64,000 nt of DNA, taken from contig CAVRAO010000002.1 in the NCBI GenBank assembly GCA_963719035.1, forward strand, positions 192,001 to 256,000, read 5' to 3'. Below are positions 20,872 to 29,706 of this stretch, one piece after another. Made by a program: the position numbers and the translations under genes. The stretch's first letter is position 1, and every line of letters begins with the position of its first letter. The notes under the pieces were generated by a model. The model had not been told where the DNA came from. It saw nothing but the letters and a program-made list of their open reading frames with translations, and made no database searches. The DNA comes from Methanobacteriota archaeon. Lineage in GTDB: Archaea; Halobacteriota; Bog-38; Methanoflorentales; Methanoflorentaceae.

Positions 20872-22656
20872 GTGTATGCATTGACAAACCAAGCGGAGTA
20901 CGGATGGACTGTAAAGACCGTGGGCGAACGCGAGATCATTGAGAAGCACTGGCCGGGCAACATGATGGACTACGAGCAAACATTTGCTGAATTTCGCTTC
21001 GAAGATGTCGAAAAGGAGTTCACCTGGCACGAGACCGGTCGGGTGAATGTGGCGCATGAAGCGATCGACAGACACGCCGATGGGTGGAGAAAGAACAAAG
21101 TAGCCCTCTACGCTGACGGTCCTGACGGAGCACGCAAGTACACGTTTCTTGACCTAAAGCTTCTTTCGAACAAATTCGCAAATGTACTAAAGAGCCTTGG
21201 CGTTGCCCGTGGGGATCGCGTCTTTACGTACATGGGTCGTTACCCTGAACTCTATATCGCAGCGATTGGTGCAGTCAAGAACGGTTCCGTTTGGGGGCCA
21301 CTGTTCGGGGGATTTAGGGCAGAGGCCGTCTTGGACCGGCTTTTGGACAGCGGCGCGAAGGCCTTGGTCACCACTCCCGATCTCAAGACGTCGAGCGTCG
21401 ACGAGATCCTCGATGACCTTCCCGATCTCGAACACGTGATCGTCGTGAAGTCCGACGGTGTCGAACGGACCGGAGCCACGCACACGGTCAGCTTCGAAGC
21501 GGAGATGAAAAACGCTTCGACTGCGCATCAAACGGAGTGGATGGATCGCGAAGACCCCGTAATGATGCACTATACGTCCGGAACGACGGGTAAGGCGAAA
21601 GGTGTCGTCCACGTCCACAATGCGATGATCGGACATTACATCACGACGAAGTACGTACAAGACGTCACAGAAAACGACATCTACTGGTGCACAGCAGATC
21701 CGGGTTGGGTCACAGGTACTTCTTACGCATGCTGGGGTCCGTGGTTAAACGGCACGTCGCAGGTCTCGTATAGCGGACGATTTGACTCTGCGACGTGGTA
21801 CGGCATCATCGATCAGTATCAGGTAACCATCTGGTACACCGCGCCGACGGCGCTCAGGCTCCTCATGAAGGACGGGCTCGGCGTTGCGAGCAAGTTCGAT
21901 TTCGGGAGCTTGCGCTATATAACAAGCGTCGGTGAGCCGCTCAACCCCGAGGTCATACGCTGGGGACTTAAGGCCTTCAAGCTGCCCATCCACGACAACT
22001 GGTGGATGACCGAAACAGGCCAGATACTCATCGCGAACTATCCGTGCATGTCTATTCGGGAAGGCTCAATGGGGCGCCCGTTTCCGAGCATCACGGCATC
22101 GATCGTCGATGACTCGGGCAAGGAGCTTCCCCCGAACACACCGGGCAACCTCGTCATCAAACCGCCGTGGCCCGCACTAATGCGTGCCATCTGGAAAAAC
22201 GAGGAGAAGTACAAGAGCTACTTCGAAATTCCGGGATGGTATAAGACGGGCGACAGCGCGTTTCGCGACGAGGACGGCTACTTCTGGTTCATGGGGCGTG
22301 TTGACGACGTTATAAAGACATCAGGAGAGCGTGTGGGCCCGTTCGAAGTCGAAAGCGCACTCGTTGAGCACCCCGCGGTCGCCGAGGCCGGCGTTATCGG
22401 AAAGCCCGATGCGCTTCGAGGCGAGATCATAAAGGCGTTCGTAAGTCTACGGGCGGGACATGAACCTTCTGAATCCCTGAAACAGGATATCGCGCAGTTT
22501 GTCAAAAAGCACCTGGCAGCGCACGCTTTTCCGCGCGAGATTGAGTTTATGGACAAGCTCCCGAAGACGCGTAGCGGTAAGATCATGCGCCGCGTGCTCA
22601 AAGCGCAGGAGCTTGGACTGCCGATGGGAGATCTCGCCTCACTTGATGAGGAGTGA
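20872..22656 (+). CDS. acsA: Acetate-CoA ligase (AMP-forming)
   Basis: YTSGTTGKAKG, ADPGWVTG, SVGEPLNPE, WWMTETG, GRVDDVIK, LPKTRSGKIMRR motifs. Confidence 0.93.
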   Translation: MYALTNQAEYGWTVKTVGEREIIEKHWPGNMMDYEQTFAEFRFEDVEKEFTWHETGRVNVAHEAIDRHADGWRKNKVALYADGPDGARKYTFLDLKLLSNKFANVLKSLGVARGDRVFTYMGRYPELYIAAIGAVKNGSVWGPLFGGFRAEAVLDRLLDSGAKALVTTPDLKTSSVDEILDDLPDLEHVIVVKSDGVERTGATHTVSFEAEMKNASTAHQTEWMDREDPVMMHYTSGTTGKAKGVVHVHNAMIGHYITTKYVQDVTENDIYWCTADPGWVTGTSYACWGPWLNGTSQVSYSGRFDSATWYGIIDQYQVTIWYTAPTALRLLMKDGLGVASKFDFGSLRYITSVGEPLNPEVIRWGLKAFKLPIHDNWWMTETGQILIANYPCMSIREGSMGRPFPSITASIVDDSGKELPPNTPGNLVIKPPWPALMRAIWKNEEKYKSYFEIPGWYKTGDSAFRDEDGYFWFMGRVDDVIKTSGERVGPFEVESALVEHPAVAEAGVIGKPDALRGEIIKAFVSLRAGHEPSESLKQDIAQFVKKHLAAHAFPREIEFMDKLPKTRSGKIMRRVLKAQELGLPMGDLASLDEE

Positions 22657-22718
22657 GTTCCTCCCACTTTTCTTTTCTTATTTGTAAGCTAAGCGTTTTT
22701 CAAAAGGAGAGATCAAAT

Positions 22719-23267
22719 ATTAACAGAAGATATTTGGCTGCGTTGCTTGCGGCCCTGATGCTCGGGACCGTATTCGTGGCCGGATGCACGTCTCCGACAA
22801 CGACGTCGCCGACTCCATCAACAGCGATTTCAGAGGCGACGTCAACTGCACGGACTCGTGACGCATTCCTTGAGCAGTATGTTATTTCGCTTGAGCGAGA
22901 GCTCAGGAACGATACTACCGTTTCTGCCTGGGTTGCTAAGTGGCAGAACGAATCAGCAGTCAGCATACAAACGCAGTTCAGAAATGTAACGTCAAGCCAG
23001 AACCTAAACTGGAATGTCACAGTTATTCGTTTTATATCGATAGACGACGCGACAAACTACACGAATAGCAACACTGCAGGACTTATCACCACAAATTTGA
23101 CGAAGGTGATTTCACTCCCGTATAGAGCGTATGAACTTACGAAAGGGAGCGCGCCGAATGTTTATAATGCGTGGATTAACTTCGAGATTCGAGATCGTCG
23201 ATTGGACACAATCCAGCAGATCGATGATATAGTAATTATAGACTCGTGGCGAACAAGTTCGAGCTAG
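22719..23267 (+). CDS. Putative lipoprotein (start codon uncertain)
   Basis: NRR + hydrophobic core + VAGC lipobox + Thr/Ser linker; AGGAGAG lies before ATT at 22719; the ORF track start is GTG 22653. Confidence 0.7.
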   Translation: MNRRYLAALLAALMLGTVFVAGCTSPTTTSPTPSTAISEATSTARTRDAFLEQYVISLERELRNDTTVSAWVAKWQNESAVSIQTQFRNVTSSQNLNWNVTVIRFISIDDATNYTNSNTAGLITTNLTKVISLPYRAYELTKGSAPNVYNAWINFEIRDRRLDTIQQIDDIVIIDSWRTSSS

Positions 23268-23453
23268 AAACAAGCCGATTGGCTCAACGTAGAGCGCGCT
23301 ACCTTTAAGCTTTATCTTGGGTCTGCGAAAGTTGCTTTCAGCCCCCTTGTAAGACTAAAGATGCAGCGTTGGGGAGAATTACGCGATTGCGCATCCCCTC
23401 TTTTTTTATTCTCATATCCTTAAGTAGGTGCTGTGTTCTTTGGTGTACACAAT

Positions 23454-24029
23454 ATGGAGGAAGTTGAAACTAGGATCACTGAGTTTCGCATTTTGTTTCG
23501 CGACCGTGAGCGTTTACAGCCTAAGTTTGTTGGAGTACACGAGCTGCTCGAGGACAGTATCCACCAGTCGGCCGATCTCAGCGACATATATTACGCTCCT
23601 TCTGACGTCTACGCTGAATTGGAAGCGACGTGGCCAGCTGCTGAAGGAACGCTCAGAGCTATAAAGGCGATCCCGGCAGACTCCGTTGCGGTGCTCCATT
23701 GCAGCACATACGTGAAGCGCTTCGATTACGTGAAGGAAGAGCTAAACATCAAGTCGATCATATTGAGTAAAGGTTACGACATTGGCATTTGCACGGGGCG
23801 AAGTTTCGTTAAGTTCTTCTGTAGCGACCTTATCTATGCCGATCGCTTTTTCAGCTATCGTTTTGATGACAGGAAATACTGGTTTATCTGTTACTTGAGG
23901 TCAATTGATGATACCGAGCTTATCAGCGACAAGTTTGTTGAGCTCTTTGGTCCTAGCCGTGGACCTAACGTGTTTGCATGGCTTGAAGAGACGCTTCTTT
24001 GCGAAAGAGCTGGAACGAACCCAGTTTGA
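23454..24029 (+). CDS. Hypothetical protein
   Basis: About 190-aa ORF with GGTG upstream; no motif recognised. Confidence 0.65.
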   Translation: MEEVETRITEFRILFRDRERLQPKFVGVHELLEDSIHQSADLSDIYYAPSDVYAELEATWPAAEGTLRAIKAIPADSVAVLHCSTYVKRFDYVKEELNIKSIILSKGYDIGICTGRSFVKFFCSDLIYADRFFSYRFDDRKYWFICYLRSIDDTELISDKFVELFGPSRGPNVFAWLEETLLCERAGTNPV

Positions 24030-24113
24030 ATATTCACCTAGGATGATCTATTGTGACGGGTGTTTCAAGTGAATCAAACTTGTCCTGTGATTATACGTTA
24101 AGGATTGAGATTT

Positions 24114-25798
24114 ATGACTTATGCTATCTCTCTTAACATGCCCCTTGACGACGAAACGAAAGAGCACATCGCCAATGCGCTCTGGATGCTCACATTTGAG
24201 CCCGAAAAAATAGCAGAAGACGTGGTGGTGAAGCTTCAAGATGCCAAGAACAGCGCGCAGTCCTTTGGCACGCGTATGAACGCGTACCTTGATTGGCTCC
24301 TTGCACACCCGCAATCCCACAACCCAAGTTACAAGCTGCGTTATTCTACTCTCAAGCCATTATGTAATGAACTAACGCCTCATCAAGCGTACGTGATAGT
24401 AAACAAGTTCCTAGGCCTTAACGCAAGCAGGGATTCGGTCGATTGCCCGAAAAGGCCGATCTGCAGTTTCCTCGCGACCACCTGCCTCAGCTGAAAACCC
24501 AAGTTGGCTGGCACTTCTTTGTTGGCAGCTGTTGGGACGTAGAGGGGCGTGAATTCGGTGTTGAGTGCATGTTATTCCGTGCCCCTCTACTTAATCCCGT
24601 ATTGGCAACGCAATTCAACCTTACTGATATTGAAAATCAAGTCATCGAACTCCAACTGGGCATCAGTGAAGCGGGCGATAGACATTATCAGGCGGATCCT
24701 GTGGTGATTGCAGGCACGACAGGCCTCGTAACGTGTGGGCTTACACCTTTTCACTACGTCGTTGGTCGTAACCGGATTGAGAGCTCTAACAGCGCGTCGT
24801 TTTTCCCGCTTCATCTAGCTGCATGGGGGGTCGAAAAAAGCGGTCCAGAAGCAAAAGAACTGGGAATCGATCTCACGTTCACTTCAGGTAAGGAGTACCT
24901 GCTGCAGGGTGCTAATGGTTGCATGCCGTGCGTCGATGGGATGGGAACGCTCTATTACTCCATCCCAAACATGGTAGTTGCTCCAAAAAGTTCCCTTAAG
25001 GTCGGTGATGAAACAATTACGCTTGCACGCGGCACGTTTTGGTTTGATCATCAATGGGGTTATCTGTCTGGCAATCCTCAATCCTCCGTCTTGCGCGCCG
25101 CTAATAACACCAAGCAGCCCGAACCGCCAGGATGGGATTGGTTTATGACACAATTTAACGGAGATCGTCGGCTTACGATGTTTGCCCCGCACACGAACGC
25201 ATATATGGGATATTACTATCAGACTGGGCCGCAGTCACCCAAAGACTTGCAGGTCAATGTTGTCGGAAAGTACATGGACGAGCAAAAAAACCTTACAAAT
25301 ACGGTCGGCACACTTACGGTGTCTCAATGGCTGAAAAGCGAGTACTCGCCAAACCCGGTGCGATATCCCAAGACAAATACGTGGCACCCGAATCGATGGG
25401 AGTTTTCGTTCAACGAGATCGTTCCTGAGGATATCAGATCATTTACACTCGTTCCCATCGTCGAATCAGGGCAGATGAATTATTTTGCAAACGGCAGTCA
25501 ATACGCTGAAGGGGCAGTCTACGTGCGCGCGGCAAACGGAGACGATATCGGCCGTGGCTTTGCTGAGTCAGTGCAATACGCTGATACGACGGACACGATG
25601 CTCACGCTTGGGGGCATCACTGATGCACAAGCACGTCGCATCTTGCGCAATCCTGAGATAAGTTCAGGGATACGACGCATACAAAGTCTTTTTTACGTGG
25701 CGCTACATCGGTCTGATTTAACTCGCATCCTCAAATCACAGCAAGGACTCGAGATGTTTGCAGGGCTCTCGCAGTCGAAAGGTCAAAGCCGACATTAA
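24114..25798 (+). pseudogene. AttH/CrtC-like lipocalin-fold protein, frameshifted at about 24430
   Basis: FPRDH, GWHFF, LYYS, WFDHQWG, GWDWF, YAEG motifs; the two ORFs join if GGG at 24430-24432 is GGGG. Confidence 0.75.
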
Positions 25799-25949
25799 CG
25801 TAGCAATTACCGCACTCGCTGTTCAGTTAGACTCGCAAATTACATCAGTTCTCAAAAGATATTAACCTGCTTTGTTTTTGTTCGACGACCCAGCAAAAGT
25901 AGCGCTTAGAGAAGTTAGTTATTTACCTGTAGTCGCTGTTTGTTACGTA

Positions 25950-26120
25950 ATGGGCCTACTTTCAGATCTTCTAGTTTTAATGTAAATTCTCGTAATCGTG
26001 CTCTTGGCTCTCACAATCTTTATTCAGTTGCTGCCGTATTTGATACTTGTCGCTTTAGTAATTTTTGTGATATGGTTTCTGTTTTATCGACAGGGTCCAC
26101 GACGATCAGTCGCTTATTAA
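25950..26120 (+). pseudogene. Small membrane protein interrupted by an in-frame TAA
   Basis: MGLLSDLLVLM*ILVIVLLALTIFIQLLPYLILVALVIFVIWFLFYRQGPRRSVAY; TAA at 25983-25985. Confidence 0.55.
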
Positions 26121-26440
26121 TTGCACGTAAGTCTTTGCTTAAACTGCAAGGCCAGACGCTCAAGAGCCAGACTTGGCAGCTCAACCTGACACTCAAATCT
26201 ATTTTCCTGCGAGTTATTGGGGTTTAGAGCCTACAATAGTGCGTGTTTAAAAACTGTTTCTAAAACGCGAGCAGAGTCATTTAATCAACTGTCGCTTGAG
26301 ACAGTTATTGTGTGTGAGCAAATATTAAGTGTGCAAGTTTAAGCGGTTTTTTAAAAGTGTGGCATTCAAAGCTTGCGCTTGTGGCTATTTTAGCAAGAGA
26401 AGAAACACTTAAAATTAACTCCTGCGTTGAAACGTATGAA

Positions 26441-26605
26441 ATGAATGTACTTAACTCCGTGATCTTACTCATCGCTTTTCTCTTCTTGATATTCACATTC
26501 CCCCTAGGAGCCCTCGCAGTAGTTATCGTATGGCTGCTCTTGCAGCTCATAAAAAAGCGTCGACGTTTAAACGAAATGAAGGGCAGTAGCAAAACGCAAC
26601 AATAG
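26441..26605 (+). CDS. Small membrane protein
   Basis: MNVLNSVILLIAFLFLIFTFPLGALAVVIVWLLLQLIKKRRR...: hydrophobic hairpin and basic tail. Confidence 0.6.
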   Translation: MNVLNSVILLIAFLFLIFTFPLGALAVVIVWLLLQLIKKRRRLNEMKGSSKTQQ

Positions 26606-26935
26606 ATTCCTATTGAACGCGAGCACGAGGCGCTACGAGGAATAAAATTACCTGTAGATCTTAAATTCGAACCTAGCTTTATTATTGAGTGTTGTTATTC
26701 TCAAAATCTGTCATTATCGAAACTTAGCCTCATTAAAGCGAGATAAAAATTATATATAAGTTAATCAATAAAAATTACTGTTAAATTTTTTTTTTGCTAA
26801 CGCCTCACACGCTGCTTATTGATGTGATAGAAGCGAGACAATTTGGTCTAGTAGCCTACAAGAGTGGCAAGAAAGAGATCCAGAACGGAAGCCTTAAATC
26901 TAGTGTATTTCATGTGAAGTGGAGTGAGTGATAAG

Positions 26936-27082
26936 ATGATCGAGCTGAATACGATGCCAAAGAAAATAGCTTACTGCGAACGGTGCGGCAGTCCAATTAT
27001 AGTTAAGACGTGGTTCGCTAATTTGTGCCACGAGTGCTCACGTGTTGAATTCAATGAGCACTTTAACTCACTCGCGTCGTAG
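26936..27082 (+). CDS. 48-aa zinc-finger micro-protein
   Basis: MIELNTMPKKIAYCERCGSPIIVKTWFANLCHECSRVEFNEHFNSLAS; CxxCG and CxxC pairs; GGAGTG upstream. Confidence 0.7.
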   Translation: MIELNTMPKKIAYCERCGSPIIVKTWFANLCHECSRVEFNEHFNSLAS

Positions 27083-27112
27083 TCGGAAGTCGAAAAACCG
27101 ACTCCTTTTTTT
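27081..27112 (+). terminator. Hairpin plus T-tract after the zinc-finger ORF
   Basis: AGTCGG...CCGACT inverted repeat followed by T7. Confidence 0.5.
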
Positions 27113-27256
27113 GCTTGGCTGGTGAGGGATGGCGACAGCGCCGGCCACATTTTGTGCGTGTGCGGTTACGAGTTGCGTGAAAAATGCAAAAACGCTTTTA
27201 ATCACCGCGTCGTTTCACTCGATGAGTATCAACGAGACTCGATGAGAGGTGAAAAA

Positions 27257-27700
27257 ATGCGAATAGAACATGGTAAAAAAGCGAACCTGAAGGAGCTTGA
27301 TGAGGATCTGTACTTAGAAGCAAATGCCCAGCTCTACCCTGCCGACAAAGACGCGACGATCAACGTATATGGTATTTTGACAACTGAGAGCAATGTCATC
27401 ATAAACGGCTCTATTGAGTGCTCTGAAGCTTTTTTCGGAGACGATTGTCACGTCACGGGCTCAGTAATTACCGGCGGGATCAAAACAGGGAGCGGCTTCA
27501 AGGCGCGCCACATCAAAGCCGGAGAGTTCGTGAATATCGGTAGCAACTCACAAGTCACTAAGATTGATGCTGTCAACGACGTGACGATCGGTAGCAACTC
27601 ACGTGTTCGGCACGCGATCAGTGAGCGTGGCACGATTATTCTCGCTGCTGGAGCCGTCGCAGACGTTGCAGAAGCGGCGCAAGGCACGAAAACAGCGTAG
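27257..27700 (+). CDS. Beta-helix (bactofilin/polymer-forming-like) protein
   Basis: Repeating V/I-x-G strands; ATCGGTAGCAACTCAC repeated at 27536 and 27587 (17-codon period); GAGGTG SD before ATG 27257. Confidence 0.6.
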   Translation: MRIEHGKKANLKELDEDLYLEANAQLYPADKDATINVYGILTTESNVIINGSIECSEAFFGDDCHVTGSVITGGIKTGSGFKARHIKAGEFVNIGSNSQVTKIDAVNDVTIGSNSRVRHAISERGTIILAAGAVADVAEAAQGTKTA

Positions 27701-27706
27701 CTCGCT

Positions 27707-28468
27707 TCAGAGATAGATCTTCATCAGGTCATACGCGATGTCAACCCTTCCAGGGAACCTCTCCTTGACGACGTCGACCATGGCGTCCTCTTGTCCGCTC
27801 GTGTGCGGGTAGAGGTGGGTAAGCACGATCCGGTCAATCTGCCGGTCAAATATAAGGTCGCGCAACTTCGCCGGCGTCGTATGGTTCGAGATCGAAGCGT
27901 ACGAATCTGGGAATGAGCATTCGTGGATTAACACGTCAACTTCTCCGTGACACAGATCATATACTCCTTCACTAGGTTCTGTATCGCCTGAATATACGAG
28001 AGTCGACGTCGGTGTTTGCATCCGATACGCGATTGACGGAACGCTGTGTTTGGTCGCGCGAACTGAAACAACTCCGTTTCCAACGCGAATGCTATCTCCA
28101 TCTTCAAGCTCAGTAATGGTGACTTCGACTGTAAGGTAATTATAAAGATCAAGCAACTGCTCGACGTGGCGTTGCGTGCCAGCAGGGCCAAACACGTTCA
28201 TTGTCTGCACTGGAATGTTTGAATCTAGAGCTGCGAGTTGCTGAGCCTTAAGAAGCGCCAGAAAGTCCGAATTATGATCCAAGTGGTTATGAGTAAAGAA
28301 CACCTTATGTATCTTTAGGTAGTCGTACCCGCTTTGCACGATGCGGCCCAGGATGCCCGCCCCACAGTCAAAGAGCACCAGTTCTTCTGGGGTTTTTACA
28401 AGTATACCAGACTGAGCCTTTTCAAGCTGTGGAATCGCGACGCCCGTCCCGAGGAGAATAATGTTCAT
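27707..28468 (-). CDS. MBL-fold metallo-hydrolase (RNase Z/AtsA-like, no exosite arm)
   Basis: LGTG, DCG, THNHLDH, SGDT, HEC, LTH motifs. Confidence 0.88.
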   Translation of the reverse strand: MNIILLGTGVAIPQLEKAQSGILVKTPEELVLFDCGAGILGRIVQSGYDYLKIHKVFFTHNHLDHNSDFLALLKAQQLAALDSNIPVQTMNVFGPAGTQRHVEQLLDLYNYLTVEVTITELEDGDSIRVGNGVVSVRATKHSVPSIAYRMQTPTSTLVYSGDTEPSEGVYDLCHGEVDVLIHECSFPDSYASISNHTTPAKLRDLIFDRQIDRIVLTHLYPHTSGQEDAMVDVVKERFPGRVDIAYDLMKIYL

Positions 28469-28512
28469 GGAAATCTGATATCCTATGAAGGCTTCATCTA
28501 CATAGCGTTTGC

Positions 28513-28986
28513 TCAGTCTTCACAGCAAAGATGCAGCGCCGTCTCGACTGCAGTTTCTGGAGAGTTTGCTAGAATCGTCCCCTCAATTTTCCATTTAGAG
28601 GCAAGTGTTACAACCGGCTTTGCCATTTGGAGTGCAAGGGCAATTTCAGAAAGCGTCCCGTATTCACCAGCAATTGCGATTAGACAATCAGCCGCTCGCG
28701 CAATTATTGCGTTTCGAGCGTGGCCCATGTCCGTGGGTATCTTTACGTCAATAAAAGGATTTGCTTCGTTTTTTGAAGGGCCTGGAAGAATACCGACAGT
28801 GAGCCCTCCTGCAGCTTGTGCACCGCGTGCAGCAGCCTCCATTACCCCCTCTCTCCCCCCACAAATGAGGATTGCCTCGTGCGACGCTATGAGGCTTCCC
28901 GTTCGCTCGGCAATGCTCGCGATCTCGTTCGAGCAGCTCCTACTGCCAATTATACCAATTTGCGGACAGCTTTTCACTCTCACCAC
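28513..28986 (-). CDS. TIGR00725 family (LOG/SLOG superfamily) protein
   Basis: CGGREGVMEAA, GILP, ARN, GEYGTLSE motifs. Confidence 0.9.
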   Translation of the reverse strand: MVRVKSCPQIGIIGSRSCSNEIASIAERTGSLIASHEAILICGGREGVMEAAARGAQAAGGLTVGILPGPSKNEANPFIDVKIPTDMGHARNAIIARAADCLIAIAGEYGTLSEIALALQMAKPVVTLASKWKIEGTILANSPETAVETALHLCCED

Positions 28987-29117
28987 TTCCTTAATGCACT
29001 AGCTTCATGTTGACGCAAGATGAAGCTTTCCTTCGCTTATCTTATGTTTCACGAATGTTATTTTGACTCTCAAATCCTTTTTTATTGTAGAATATTACCC
29101 TAAAATCGAAAAAATAC

Positions 29118-29133
29118 CGAAAAAGTATATATA
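29118..29133 (+). promoter_or_regulatory. BRE/TATA promoter of the histone gene
   Basis: CGAAAAAG followed by TATATATA, about 35 nt before the ATG; GAGGT SD. Confidence 0.65.
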
Positions 29134-29168
29134 TGTTGAAAATCTCAGTATAGCTCGAGGTAATTCAA

Positions 29169-29381
29169 ATGGCAGAATTACAAGCAGCAGGAGTAAGTAG
29201 AATCATCAGAAAGGCTGGAGCAGAGCGTGTAAGCGCTGAAGCTACAGAACAGTTTAGAGAATACCTAGAAATGTATGGCAAGGAACTCGCCGAAGAAGCA
29301 ATCGAAATGGCAAAGCACGCAGGCCGGAAGACGGTCAAAGCGGAAGACATCAAACTCGCCTATACTAGACTTAACCGATAA
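29169..29381 (+). CDS. Archaeal histone (HMf family)
   Basis: [12 protein letters not shown] and [14 protein letters not shown] histone-fold signature. Confidence 0.96.
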   Translation: MAELQAAGVSRIIRKAGAERVSAEATEQFREYLEMYGKELAEEAIEMAKHAGRKTVKAEDIKLAYTRLNR

Positions 29382-29400
29382 TCCCGGGATTTTCTCTTTG

Positions 29401-29429
29401 ATAGCATCTCGTTTAACAAGAGATGCTAT
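29401..29429. terminator. Inverted repeat between the convergent histone and zinc-ribbon genes
   Basis: ATAGCATCTC-9 nt-GAGATGCTAT perfect 10-bp stem followed by T-tracts. Confidence 0.55.
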
Positions 29430-29440
29430 TGCTTATTTTT

Positions 29441-29584
29441 TTAAATTTTTTGTCTGTTCTTAACGTCCATAACAAGCCATTTTCCGGTAGTATGGCACTT
29501 TTCGCAGGTTAGTTTGTCTAGCTCAATGAAATCAGTCCAGATTTCTGTGCTGCAGACGCGACACCGATAAAGATAGGTTCTCAT
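29441..29584 (-). CDS. 47-aa zinc-ribbon micro-protein
   Basis: MRTYLYRCRVCSTEIWTDFIELDKLTCEKCHTTGKWLVMDVKNRQKI; YxCxxC-x15-CxxC; GAGG SD. Confidence 0.7.
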   Translation of the reverse strand: MRTYLYRCRVCSTEIWTDFIELDKLTCEKCHTTGKWLVMDVKNRQKI

Positions 29585-29706
29585 GTCACTTCCTCGAGTG
29601 GGATCAACCTTCTAGCGCAAAACGTATTAACTCTTCTTATGCTTTAGCAGCACCTTGTATCATAGGTTCGAGCTATTGCTCCGTCGTAAGCTTGCTAGAA
29701 TCTATG

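Noticed and set aside
25983-25985. Stop-codon recoding (Pyl/Sec)
   Set aside because: The codon is TAA, not TAG or TGA, and no recoding machinery is present in the window.
27707-28986. SLOG plus MBL hydrolase pair as an anti-phage defence system
   Set aside because: Both are widespread housekeeping-type archaeal families; no TIR, SIR2, cyclase or effector partner is nearby.
28334-29002. 222-aa plus-strand ORF and similar long antisense ORFs (e.g. 237..731, 42665..43210, 44312..44917)
   Set aside because: These are shadows of well-supported genes on the opposite strand and carry no motifs of their own.
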